DNA of 64,000 nucleotides from Vicinamibacterales bacterium (GTDB lineage: Bacteria; Acidobacteriota; Vicinamibacteria; Vicinamibacterales; UBA8438): the NCBI GenBank assembly GCA_963663815.1, contig OY760734.1; one strand, 5' to 3'. The position numbers were made by a program, and so were the translations under genes. The notes under the pieces are model-generated. The model was not told where the DNA came from. It made no database searches and was given only the letters and a program-made list of their open reading frames with translations. Below are positions 8,383 to 16,950 of this stretch, one piece after another; the first letter of the stretch is position 1; each line of letters starts with the position of its first letter.

Positions 8383-9342
8383 ATGGCAGACCCCACTTCG
8401 GACCGCGACGACCTGTTCGCGCAGTGGCGGAAGCAGGTGGAGGCGGGCACCGACGCGTGGATCAAGACGGTCCGGCAGATGGCCAGCCAGGGCCAGGTCC
8501 CTCCCCCGCCCGACCCGGCGCAGTTCTGGCGTCAGTTCTCGAACGCGGGTCCGTTCAACGCGTCCCCGTTCACGGGGGCGGGGCCCATCGATCCCGAGGT
8601 GCTGGCCCAGTGGAAGCGATTCCTCGACGACTGGATCGCCGCGTGGAGCCGGGCCCTCGAGCAGGCGATGGGAACCGAGGCGTTCGCGGAGGCCCTCGGC
8701 AAGACCCTCGACCAGTTCCTGACCGTCCAGGGCAAGGCCCGGCAGGCGGTGGAGCGCTCCGGCAAGGCCGCGATCGACGCCGTCGGCCTGCCCTCCCGCG
8801 AGCAGGTGGTCGGCCTGTCGCGGCAGATGATGGAGCTCGATGATCGGCTCGAGGCGATCGAGGACAGGCTCGAGGCGGACAAGCCCGAGGACAAGGCCGA
8901 GGCGGACAAGCTCGAGGCGATCGAGAACAGGCTCGGGGAGCTGGAGGCCAAGCTCGCGAGGCTCGACGGGCTCAAGAACAAGCTCGGGGGGCTCGACGAC
9001 AAGCTCGGGAGGCTCGAGGGGCTCGATGGCAAGCTCGGGGGGCTCGGCGACAGGCTCGAGGCGCTCGGCGACAAGCTCGAGGGGCTTGATGACAAGCTCG
9101 ACGCCCTCGGGGACCGCCCCCCGGACGCGGCGCCGGACGCGGGCGACCGGCCCCAGCCGCGCCGGGCGACCGGACGGAAGACCGCGGGCGGGAAGACCGG
9201 CGCCGGCGCCGTGAAAGCCGACGCCGGTGCGGCGAGGCCGGGCGGCAGCACCGCGAAGGCCCGCGGCAGCACCGCAAAAACCGGCGGCAGCGCCGCGAAG
9301 ACCGGACGCGGCGGCGCGCGAACGCCGAAGCGCCGAGCGTGA
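8383..9342 (+). CDS. phaE: PHA synthase subunit PhaE-like, with C-terminal repeat extension
   Basis: The core MGTEAFAEALGKTLD...GLPSREQVVGLSRQMMELDDRLEAIEDRLE parallels the remembered haloarchaeal/class III PhaE (MGTSAFAAANG...GFPTRNDMDEVGERLIELERR). It is followed by heptad LxxLxDK repeats and a Lys/Ala/Gly-rich tail. Confidence 0.7.
   Translation: MADPTSDRDDLFAQWRKQVEAGTDAWIKTVRQMASQGQVPPPPDPAQFWRQFSNAGPFNASPFTGAGPIDPEVLAQWKRFLDDWIAAWSRALEQAMGTEAFAEALGKTLDQFLTVQGKARQAVERSGKAAIDAVGLPSREQVVGLSRQMMELDDRLEAIEDRLEADKPEDKAEADKLEAIENRLGELEAKLARLDGLKNKLGGLDDKLGRLEGLDGKLGGLGDRLEALGDKLEGLDDKLDALGDRPPDAAPDAGDRPQPRRATGRKTAGGKTGAGAVKADAGAARPGGSTAKARGSTAKTGGSAAKTGRGGARTPKRRA
8848..9115. repeat. in-frame 21-bp (heptad) tandem repeats inside phaE
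   Basis: DNA units of the form GGGCTCGACGACAAGCTCGGG recur about 12 times. They encode LEAIEDR LEADKPE ... LGGLDDK LGRLEGLDGK LGGLGDR LEALGDK LEGLDDK LDALGDR. Confidence 0.7.
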
Positions 9343-9472
9343 CGGCGGCCGGACGCGACGACCATACTACCGGCGCTCCCGCCGCGAGACGCCGAGGCGT
9401 CGGGCGGGACGGCGGACGGACGAGTACGACCATTGCGCCGCGGCCGGGCATAGCCCGCGCGGACGGAGACGG

Positions 9473-10078
9473 ATGGGACGGATGCGAGGACGCCCCCTGC
9501 AGGACCTGACCGTCGGCGACACGGCGGAGCTGGCCCGCGTCGCCACCGCCGGAGACGTGGCGGAGTTCATCGACTCCATCGGCGACCACAACCCCATTCA
9601 CCAGGACTACGAGTACGCCGCCTCGACCCGGTTCGAGAAGCCGATCGTGCCCGGCATGTGGACGGCCGCCCTGATCTCCGCCGTGCTGGGCACGAAGCTC
9701 CCGGGCCCCGGCTGCATCTACGTCGGCCAGGAGATCGCGTTCACCCGGCCCGTCTACTTCGGCGATCGCATCACCGCGCGGGTCGAGGTGGTGGAGCGGC
9801 TGCCCGAGCGCAACCGGGTGCGGCTGAAGACCGTGTGCGTCAACCAAGAAGGCCGGGAGGTGCTGGTCGGCGAGGCCCTGCTGTCGCCCCCGAGGCAGGC
9901 CGTCGCGTACACGCGGCGGGAGACCGGCCCGGCCCGGGTCGCTCACTGGGCCCTGCAGCCGACCCTCTGGGCCGCCCACACGACCAGCGCGTGGGCGCGG
10001 CTGGGCACTGCGTGGGTCTCGGCGTGGCACGGGGCGCCGCATCGGCCCGGCGGCAACGGCGGCGCCGCCCGATCCTGA
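9473..10078 (+). CDS. phaJ: MaoC-like (R)-specific enoyl-CoA hydratase
   Basis: Hot-dog hydratase motif FIDSIGDHNPIHQD and GDRITARVEVVE. Start at ATG 9473 (or 9482) within the longer track ORF. Lies immediately downstream of phaE. Confidence 0.75.
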   Translation: MGRMRGRPLQDLTVGDTAELARVATAGDVAEFIDSIGDHNPIHQDYEYAASTRFEKPIVPGMWTAALISAVLGTKLPGPGCIYVGQEIAFTRPVYFGDRITARVEVVERLPERNRVRLKTVCVNQEGREVLVGEALLSPPRQAVAYTRRETGPARVAHWALQPTLWAAHTTSAWARLGTAWVSAWHGAPHRPGGNGGAARS

Positions 10079-10116
10079 CCGCGGGAGCGCCGGGCGGGCG
10101 TGTACACTGACGCCCG

Positions 10117-11556
10117 ATGCCTGATCGCGCTCCCGACGTGACCGGAGATCTGTGCGACCTGCCGGCGCGCCGCCTCGCCGAGCTGATCCGCGGCCGGGCG
10201 GTGTCGGCGCGCGAGGTGATGCGGGCCCATCTCGACCGCGTCGACCGGGTAAATCCTGACGTCAACGCCGTCGTCACCTGCGTGCCCGACGCCGCCCTCG
10301 ACGCGGCCGACGCCGCCGACGCGGCCCTCGCGGCCGGCCGCGAGGTCGGCCCTCTGCACGGCCTTCCCGTCGCCCACAAGGACCTCTTCGTCACCGCCGG
10401 CATCCGCACCACGTTCGGCAGCCGCGCCTTCGAGCACCACGTGCCCGACGAGACCGCCCTCATCGTCGAGCGCGAGCGCCGAGCCGGCGCGATTACCCTC
10501 GGCAAGACCAACACGCCCGAGCTGGGCGCCGGGTCGCAGACCTTCAACGAGGTGTTCGGGGCGACCCGCAACCCGTATGACCTGTCGAAGACGTGCGGCG
10601 GCAGCAGCGGGGGGGCCGCCGTCGCCCTCGCCACCGGCATGGTGCCGGTCGCCGACGGCAGCGACTTCGGGGGCTCGCTGCGGAACCCCGCCAGTTTCTG
10701 CAACGTCGTCGGGTTCCGCCCGTCGTCGGGCCGGGTGCCGCGCTGGCCCAGCGCCGCCCCGTGGTTCTCGTTCCACGTCCACGGCCCCATGGCCCGCACC
10801 GTGGCCGACGTAGCCCTGTTGTTCGACGCCATCGCCGGCCCCGACCCGCGGGCCCCGCTGTCGCTGACGGTGCCGCCTGTCGCCGCGAGCCGCGCCCTCG
10901 ATCGCGACCTCGCCGGCGTGCGCATCGGCTGGTCGCCCGATCTCGGCGTGCTGCCGGTGGAGCCGGAGGTGCGCGCCGTCCTCGAGGGCGGCCGGGCCGT
11001 ATTCGAGGACCTGGGATGCCTCACCGACGAGAGCGCCCCCGACCTCGACGGCGCCCACGAGGTTTTCACCACCTGGCGGGCCTGGTACTTCGACCTCGCG
11101 TTCGGCCCCATCCTCGACCGCCATCCCGGCGTTTTGAAGGACACCGTGGTCTGGAACATCGAGGCCGGCCGCGCCCTGCGGGGACCGCAGATCGCCGAGG
11201 CGGAACGCCGACGCGCCGCCCTCCACCGCCGGCTGCGGGCCTGGTTCGAGGAGCACGACTTCCTGGTGCTGACGGTGGCCCAGGTCGCGCCGTTCGACGT
11301 CGACCAGCCGTACGTGACTGAGATCGCCGGCGAGACCCTGCCCACCTACCTCGACTGGATGAAGTCGTGCTACCTCGTCAGCGCGACCGGCCATCCCGCG
11401 ATCTCGGTGCCCTGCGGGTTCACGCCCGCCGGCCTGCCGGTGGGGCTGCAGATCGTCGGGCGCCCCTATGACGACCTCGGCGTGCTGCAGCTCGCCCACG
11501 CCTTCGAGCAGGCGACCGACTGCCGGCGCCGCCGGCCGCCGATTCTGGCCGCCTGA
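10117..11556 (+). CDS. amidase (amidase-signature family)
   Basis: AS-family signature CGGSSGGAAVALATGMV plus GSDFGGSLRNPA, and HKDLF carrying the catalytic Lys. Confidence 0.85.
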   Translation: MPDRAPDVTGDLCDLPARRLAELIRGRAVSAREVMRAHLDRVDRVNPDVNAVVTCVPDAALDAADAADAALAAGREVGPLHGLPVAHKDLFVTAGIRTTFGSRAFEHHVPDETALIVERERRAGAITLGKTNTPELGAGSQTFNEVFGATRNPYDLSKTCGGSSGGAAVALATGMVPVADGSDFGGSLRNPASFCNVVGFRPSSGRVPRWPSAAPWFSFHVHGPMARTVADVALLFDAIAGPDPRAPLSLTVPPVAASRALDRDLAGVRIGWSPDLGVLPVEPEVRAVLEGGRAVFEDLGCLTDESAPDLDGAHEVFTTWRAWYFDLAFGPILDRHPGVLKDTVVWNIEAGRALRGPQIAEAERRRAALHRRLRAWFEEHDFLVLTVAQVAPFDVDQPYVTEIAGETLPTYLDWMKSCYLVSATGHPAISVPCGFTPAGLPVGLQIVGRPYDDLGVLQLAHAFEQATDCRRRRPPILAA

Positions 11557-11923
11557 CGGGCGGCGCGGCCGGCCTGCGCTCACCGGCCGACCGGGCCCAC
11601 CACGGCCGACCTCACCAGGCCGGACCGTCCGCCAGGCCGGGACCACTCCGACCTCGACATCACTCTTCCCGCGCGTGGAGGATGCCGATGGGGATGTGGC
11701 GGGATCTAAGTCCAGACGACTCTCCGCGCTTGGATGATGCGGTGGTCGCTCCGCAAACCGGACGACTCCAGGATTGACACGGCGACATTGGTGTTACAAC
11801 GTACGCGTTGAACACAGGGGGGGGCCTCGCCACGGGCTCCAGGAACGGACGACCGGTGCGGCGGCCCTCGGTGCCGATCGCGGCCGTCGCTGAAGTCGTC
11901 TGGGCGCAACGGGGGACGAGACG

Positions 11924-14113
11924 ATGCAAACGCGACTGATACGCGGTATCGGCGGCATGCCGGCGTTCATGGCCGCCCTGGTGATCGCGGCCATGACGGC
12001 GCTCTGGCTCGGTGTGGCGGCGACCGCCCAGGCGCCGCTCGACGCGGACGACATCGGCGGCGTCGTGCGGAGCCCGAGCGGCCCCGAGGCGGGAGTCTGG
12101 GTGATCGCCGAGACCGACGACTTCGACACCCGGTTCCGCAAGATCGTGGTGACCGACGACGACGGGCGCTACGTGCTGCCCGACCTGCCCGACGCCACCT
12201 ACGACATCTGGGTCCGCGGCTACGGCCTCCGGGACTCCGAGCCGGTCTCCGGCCGGCCCGGCGACTCGCTCAACCTCGACGCGGTCCTCGCCGCCGACGC
12301 GCGCGAGGCGGCGCAGGTCTACCCCGCCAACTACTGGTACTCGCTCGTGGAGGTGCCGGCCGAGGACGAGTTCCCCGGCACCGGCGACTCCGGCAACGGC
12401 ATCTCGCCGGGCATGCGGCACCAGGCGGCCTGGATCGACGGCCTGAAGCAGGGTTGCCAGCTCTGCCACCAGCTCGGGAACCAGGCGACCCGCGAGGTGC
12501 TGAACCCCGGCGACTTCGACTCGACCGAGGCGGCGTGGGCGCACCGCGTCCGCGTGGGCCAGCGCGGCGCCCTGATGGACGGCTACCTGCGCCGCTTCGG
12601 GGCCGAGCGCGCCGTCGCGATGTACGCCGACTGGACGGACCGGATCATGGCCGGCGAGGTGCCCCCGGCGCCGCCGCGCCCGCGGGGGCGCGAGCGCAAC
12701 GTGGTGCTGACCCTGTGGGAGTGGGGCGGCGAGGCGGGCTACATCCACGACGAGATCGCGACTGACAAGCGGAACCCGCGGGTGAACGCCGGCGGCCCCG
12801 TCTACGGGGTCGAGTTCGCCAACGACAAGCTGGTCTGGGTCGACCCGCGCACCAACGAGGCCCGCGAGGTGGTCCTGCCGGTGCGCGACACGCCCGGCGA
12901 AGGCGACTTCCGGTCCTACATCGACCGGGAGAACCTCGAGCCGTCGATCTACTGGGGCGACGAGCTCATCTGGAACAACCCCGGCAACCCGCACAACCCG
13001 ATGATGGACGGGCAGGGGCGGGTGTGGATGACGCACCAGATCCGCGGTCCCGGCAACCCCGCGTGGTGCCGGGAAGGATCGGAAAACCCCTATGCGCAGC
13101 ACTACCCGCTGAACCGGGCGGCGCGGCACGTCGCCTACTACGATCCGGCGACGGAGGACGTCGAGCTCATCGACACCTGCTTCAACACCCACCACCTGCA
13201 GTTCGGCTACGAGGACGGCGAGCGCCTGTACCTCAGCTCGGTCGGCCCCGTCATCGGCTGGCTCGACGTCGACGTGTACGAGGAGACGGGCGACGCGCAG
13301 GCCGCGCAGGGCTGGTGCCCGCTCATCGTCGACACCAACGGCGACGGCCGCATCACCGAGTGGGTGGGCCGCGCCGGCGACGCCGACCCGGCCCTCGACA
13401 AGGAGATGGGCGGCGGATGGTACGGCATCGTCCCCGACCCGACGGCGGACAGCGTGGTGTGGGCGGCCTCGGGCGGGGTGCCCGGGCAGATCGTGCGGCT
13501 GGCCCTCGGGGACAATCCCCCCGAGACGTGCATCGCCGAGTACTACCAGCCGCCGTTCGAGAACCCCGACGCGCCGATCCAGGGGTTCTCGCCGCGGGGC
13601 ATCGACATCGCCACCGACGGCGTCGTGTGGACCGCCCTGTCGGGCAGCGGGCACATGGCCAGCTTCGACCGCGGCCGGTGCGACGTGCTGAACGGCCCCA
13701 CCGCCACCGGGCAGCACTGCCCGCAGGGGTGGACCCTGCACGCGACCCCGGGACCGCAGATGAAGGGAGTCTCGACCCACGGCAGCGCCGACTTCCACTA
13801 CTACAACTGGGTCGACCAGCACGACACGCTGGGGCTCGGCCCCAACGTGCCCATCGCCACCGGCAGCACGTCCGACTCGCTGCTCGCGTTCCTCCCCGAC
13901 GAGGAGGAGTTCGTGATTCTGCGGGTGCCGTACCCGATGGGCTTCTACTCCCGCGGCATGGACGGCCGCATCGACGATCCCGACACGGGGTGGAAGGGCC
14001 GCGCGGTGTGGGCCGACTACGGCACCAACGCGGTCTGGCACTCGGAGGGCGGCAAGGGCACGCAGGGGAACCTCGTGAAGTTCCAGATTCGGCCCGATCC
14101 GCTGGCCCACTAG
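11924..14113 (+). CDS. secreted carboxypeptidase-regulatory-like domain protein with one CXXCH haem-binding motif
   Basis: Signal peptide (AALVIAAMTALWLGVAATAQA). CarboxypepD_reg-like N-terminus (GGVVRSPSGPEAGVWVIAE...DDDGRYVLPDLPDATYDIWV). CQLCH at GLKQGCQLCHQLGNQ. Confidence 0.7.
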   Translation: MQTRLIRGIGGMPAFMAALVIAAMTALWLGVAATAQAPLDADDIGGVVRSPSGPEAGVWVIAETDDFDTRFRKIVVTDDDGRYVLPDLPDATYDIWVRGYGLRDSEPVSGRPGDSLNLDAVLAADAREAAQVYPANYWYSLVEVPAEDEFPGTGDSGNGISPGMRHQAAWIDGLKQGCQLCHQLGNQATREVLNPGDFDSTEAAWAHRVRVGQRGALMDGYLRRFGAERAVAMYADWTDRIMAGEVPPAPPRPRGRERNVVLTLWEWGGEAGYIHDEIATDKRNPRVNAGGPVYGVEFANDKLVWVDPRTNEAREVVLPVRDTPGEGDFRSYIDRENLEPSIYWGDELIWNNPGNPHNPMMDGQGRVWMTHQIRGPGNPAWCREGSENPYAQHYPLNRAARHVAYYDPATEDVELIDTCFNTHHLQFGYEDGERLYLSSVGPVIGWLDVDVYEETGDAQAAQGWCPLIVDTNGDGRITEWVGRAGDADPALDKEMGGGWYGIVPDPTADSVVWAASGGVPGQIVRLALGDNPPETCIAEYYQPPFENPDAPIQGFSPRGIDIATDGVVWTALSGSGHMASFDRGRCDVLNGPTATGQHCPQGWTLHATPGPQMKGVSTHGSADFHYYNWVDQHDTLGLGPNVPIATGSTSDSLLAFLPDEEEFVILRVPYPMGFYSRGMDGRIDDPDTGWKGRAVWADYGTNAVWHSEGGKGTQGNLVKFQIRPDPLAH

Positions 14114-14119
14114 CAGCCC

Positions 14120-15334
14120 GTGGCGCCGTCCAGCTCCCCGGACACGCCCCCGCCCGCGCGGGACGACCTGGCCCTCGTCCTCGTCGGCGGGGGCGCCCGG
14201 GCCGCCTACCAGGTCGGCTTCCTCGGAGAGCTGATCCGGCGCCACCCCACGGCGCGGTTCCCCATCCTCGTGGGGACGTCGGCCGGCGCCATCAACGCCA
14301 CCTATCTGGCCGCCCGGGAGGGCTCGCTGGCCGAGGCCGTCCGCGACCTCGTCGAGCACTGGCGGGGCCAGCGGGTCGACCGGGTATTCCGGGTCGACAG
14401 CGGCTCGCTCGCCGGCCTCGTCGCGCGCTGGGGCATCCGGCTCCTGTCGGGCGGCGCCACGTTCGCGCCCCGGGTGCGGGGGCTGCTCGACACCGCGCCC
14501 CTCCGCGCCTCGCTGTACGAGCGGCTGAAGCCGAACCACAAGGGTGAGATCGCCGGCATCGCCCGCAACCTCGAGGCGGGCCGCCTGCGGTCGCTCGCCA
14601 TCTCCACGAGCAGCTACAGCACCGGGCAGTCGGTGATCTGGGTGCAGGGCGGAGACATCGAGGACTGGAACCGCCCCTACCGGCGCGGCCGCCGCGTCGC
14701 CATCACCGTCGAGCACGTCATGGCCTCGGCCGCCCTGCCGCTGTTCTTCCCCGCCGTGCGCCTCGACGACGGCTGGCACGGCGACGGCGGCATCCGGATG
14801 ATGGCCCCCTGCTCGGCCCCCATCCACCTCGGCGCCCGGCGCATCCTCGCCGTCTCGAACCGCCACCGCGGCATCACGCAGGAGGCCAGCCAACCCGTCA
14901 TCCACGACTACCCGCCGCCCGCCCAAATCGGCGGCCAGCTCCTCAACGCGATGTTCCTCGACGACCTCGACCACGACGGGCTGACCCTGCAGCGCCTGAA
15001 CTCGCTGATCCGGGACCTGCCTCCCCACCGCCGGCAGGGCCTGCATCCCGTCGAGCTCGTCGTCATCCGCCCGTCGGAGGACCTCGGCCGGCTGTCCCTC
15101 GAGTTCGAGCCGCAACTTCCGCGGGCGTTCCGCTACATGACCCGGGGCCTCGGGTCGCGCGAGACGACGAGCCCCGACCTGCTGAGCCTGCTGATGTTCC
15201 AGCCCGACTACATCCACCGGTTGCTGGAGATCGGCGCGGCGGACGCGGTGGCCGCGGGTCCGCGACTGGCGGCCCTGCTGACCCCGGAGTCCACGGTTAC
15301 CGAACCGACGACCGGAACGGGGAGGCGCGGCTAG
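14120..15334 (+). CDS. patatin-like phospholipase
   Basis: GGGARAAYQVG (oxyanion loop), GTSAGAINA (GxSxG) and HGDGGI (Asp of the catalytic dyad). GTG start 7 nt after the upstream stop. Confidence 0.85.
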   Translation: MAPSSSPDTPPPARDDLALVLVGGGARAAYQVGFLGELIRRHPTARFPILVGTSAGAINATYLAAREGSLAEAVRDLVEHWRGQRVDRVFRVDSGSLAGLVARWGIRLLSGGATFAPRVRGLLDTAPLRASLYERLKPNHKGEIAGIARNLEAGRLRSLAISTSSYSTGQSVIWVQGGDIEDWNRPYRRGRRVAITVEHVMASAALPLFFPAVRLDDGWHGDGGIRMMAPCSAPIHLGARRILAVSNRHRGITQEASQPVIHDYPPPAQIGGQLLNAMFLDDLDHDGLTLQRLNSLIRDLPPHRRQGLHPVELVVIRPSEDLGRLSLEFEPQLPRAFRYMTRGLGSRETTSPDLLSLLMFQPDYIHRLLEIGAADAVAAGPRLAALLTPESTVTEPTTGTGRRG

Positions 15335-15514
15335 AGCGTGACCGCGACTGCGCGCCCCGCCGTCGGACCGTCCCCCGGCCCGGATTTGCTCGATGGCTCC
15401 CCAACCCCGTCGGCTGCCGCCACGCACCCGACCCGGGAGGACCGACCGGCGTGAGACCCTGCCAGGCCGGGACCGAGGCACAGCCCGCAACCCGACGGCA
15501 TGCGTCGCGTGGGT

Positions 15515-15562
15515 TGTAGTCACGCTGTAGTCTTGTTTCTCCCCCCGAGCCGGCCGTATAGT
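15515..15562 (+). promoter_or_regulatory. promoter/operator candidate of the Phd-PIN operon
   Basis: Direct repeat TGTAGTC (15515-15521 and 15526-15532, 11-bp period). It is followed by TTGTTT, an 18-nt spacer and TATAGT (15557-15562), 35 nt upstream of ATG 15598. Confidence 0.3.
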
Positions 15563-15597
15563 GGATCGTTGTCGACCGGACGAGGAGACGGCCCCAC

Positions 15598-15873
15598 ATG
15601 GAACTCGCCGTACGTGAAGCCAAGGCGCGGCTGTCGGAGCTCATCGCCGCCGCCCAGAAGGGCGAGCGCGTCGTGATCACGAAGCACGGCGTCCCCGCCG
15701 CCGAGCTCGTGCGCTGCCGCCCGCGCGGGGCGATCGACTTCGAGAAGCTGGCGGAGACCCTCCGAGAGCTCGGCATCGAAGGCGACGCTTCGGAGGATGA
15801 GGTGGCGGAATGGAGGGCCGCCTTCAACGACCCCGCGTTCAGCCGCCGGGTGCTGGGCCTCGAGGACGAGTAG
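15598..15873 (+). CDS. type II antitoxin, Phd/YefM family
   Basis: The N-terminus MELAVREAKARLSELIAAAQKGERVVITKHGVPAAELV is typical of Phd/YefM. GAGGAG upstream. Followed by a PIN toxin gene. Confidence 0.8.
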   Translation: MELAVREAKARLSELIAAAQKGERVVITKHGVPAAELVRCRPRGAIDFEKLAETLRELGIEGDASEDEVAEWRAAFNDPAFSRRVLGLEDE

Positions 15874-15883
15874 GCGGCGAACC

Positions 15884-16279
15884 GTGCACATCCTCCTCGA
15901 CACCTTCTATCTCTACCGGTTCATGGCGGCGGGCGGCAGCTTCTCCGACGCCGAGCGCCGCTTCTTCGAAGCGCATGCGGCCCACCTCTACGTGAGCGCG
16001 GTGTCGATCTGGGAGATGCGACTGAAGTTCCACTCTCGACACGCATCCGGCGCCCGCAAGAGCCGCTTCGACCCCGAAGACGTCATCACCGCATTTGGAC
16101 GGCAGGACGTGACTTTCCTGCCCATGGCGGTGACGCACGCCGCCGCGAGGCTCGCGGTCCCCATCCCCCACCGCGACCCGTTCGACGAGCTTCTGCTGGT
16201 CCAGGCCCAGGAAGAGGACCTGAAGCTTCTCACGTCGGATCGGCGGCTCGTGGATCATACACTGACGGTGACGCCGTAG
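15884..16279 (+). CDS. type II toxin, PIN-domain (VapC-like) ribonuclease
   Basis: GTG start 11 nt after the antitoxin stop. Acidic PIN residues are at the expected positions (ILLDT, SIWEM, HRDPFDELL, LLTSD). Confidence 0.8.
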   Translation: MHILLDTFYLYRFMAAGGSFSDAERRFFEAHAAHLYVSAVSIWEMRLKFHSRHASGARKSRFDPEDVITAFGRQDVTFLPMAVTHAAARLAVPIPHRDPFDELLLVQAQEEDLKLLTSDRRLVDHTLTVTP

Positions 16280-16374
16280 CTTGCCGCTGCCCACGTGGCG
16301 CCGCTGACTGCTCCCCGCGCCTCGCACGCGCGTGGCGCGCATCCCCCCGCGCAACCGAGCCCGGATTATTCCAT

Positions 16375-16403
16375 TTGACATCCCAATAATGCACTGATAC
16401 GCT
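16375..16403 (+). promoter_or_regulatory. sigma-70-like promoter of padR (near-leaderless)
   Basis: TTGACA (16375-16380), a 17-nt spacer, then TACGCT (16398-16403), in an AT-richer patch. The ATG at 16412 is only about 9 nt after the -10 element. A CCAAT...ATTGG inverted motif overlaps the spacer. Confidence 0.35.
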
Positions 16404-16411
16404 TCATTGGA

Positions 16412-16780
16412 ATGCCAAATGCACAGCCCTCGAAGACGGAGGTCCTTCGCGGCACCCTCGACCTGATGGTGCTGCAGACGCTGGTCTCGCTCGGCCCGTC
16501 GCACGGCTACGCGATCGCGGCGAGGCTGGAGCAGGTCTCGGGCGGCGTCCTCGTCCTCAACATGGGCACGCTCTATCCCGCCCTGATGCGGCTCGAGCAG
16601 CGCGGCCTCGTGCGGGGGCGGTGGGGCACGACCGAGAAGAACCGGCGCGCCCGGTTCTACGGGATCACCCCGGCCGGGCGACGGCACGTCGCGGCCGGGA
16701 AGCGCGGCCTGGACCGGATGGTCTCCATCATCGATGCGCTCTTTCAGGAACCGGCGACGACGGCGGGCGGTCGTCACTGA
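16412..16780 (+). CDS. PadR-family transcriptional regulator
   Basis: LDLMVLQTLVSLGPSHGYAIAARLE and GTLYPALMRLEQRGLV are winged-helix PadR hallmarks. Confidence 0.9.
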   Translation: MPNAQPSKTEVLRGTLDLMVLQTLVSLGPSHGYAIAARLEQVSGGVLVLNMGTLYPALMRLEQRGLVRGRWGTTEKNRRARFYGITPAGRRHVAAGKRGLDRMVSIIDALFQEPATTAGGRH

Positions 16781-16812
16781 CGAGCCCGCGCGAGTCGCTG
16801 CGCCGGCGGGGC

Positions 16813-16923
16813 GGGAATGGCGACGACCGCCGGCGGGGCGGGAATGGCGACGACCGCCGGCCGCGACGGGAATGGCGACGACCGCCGGCCGCGACGGGAA
16901 TGGCGACGACCGCCGGCCGGCGA
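16813..16923. repeat. intergenic tandem repeat, 4 units of 27/28 bp
   Basis: GGGAATGGCGACGACCGCCGGC(C/G)G(C/G)GAC-type units start at 16813, 16840, 16868 and 16896. Units 2 and 3 are identical. Lies between the padR stop and the permease RBS. Confidence 0.9.
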
Positions 16924-16950
16924 GCGACCGGCCGACGGAGGAGAAACACG

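Noticed and set aside
11817-11824. Homopolymer runs as phase-variation sites: G8 here, plus G9 at 56986-56994 and C9 at 57279-57287
   Set aside because: At this base composition several runs of 8-9 G or C are expected by chance in 64 kb. None lies inside a called CDS or in an obvious promoter spacer.
16813-16923. Possible CRISPR array
   Set aside because: The units are contiguous with no spacers, there are only four copies, and no cas genes are present in the window. It is a simple tandem repeat.
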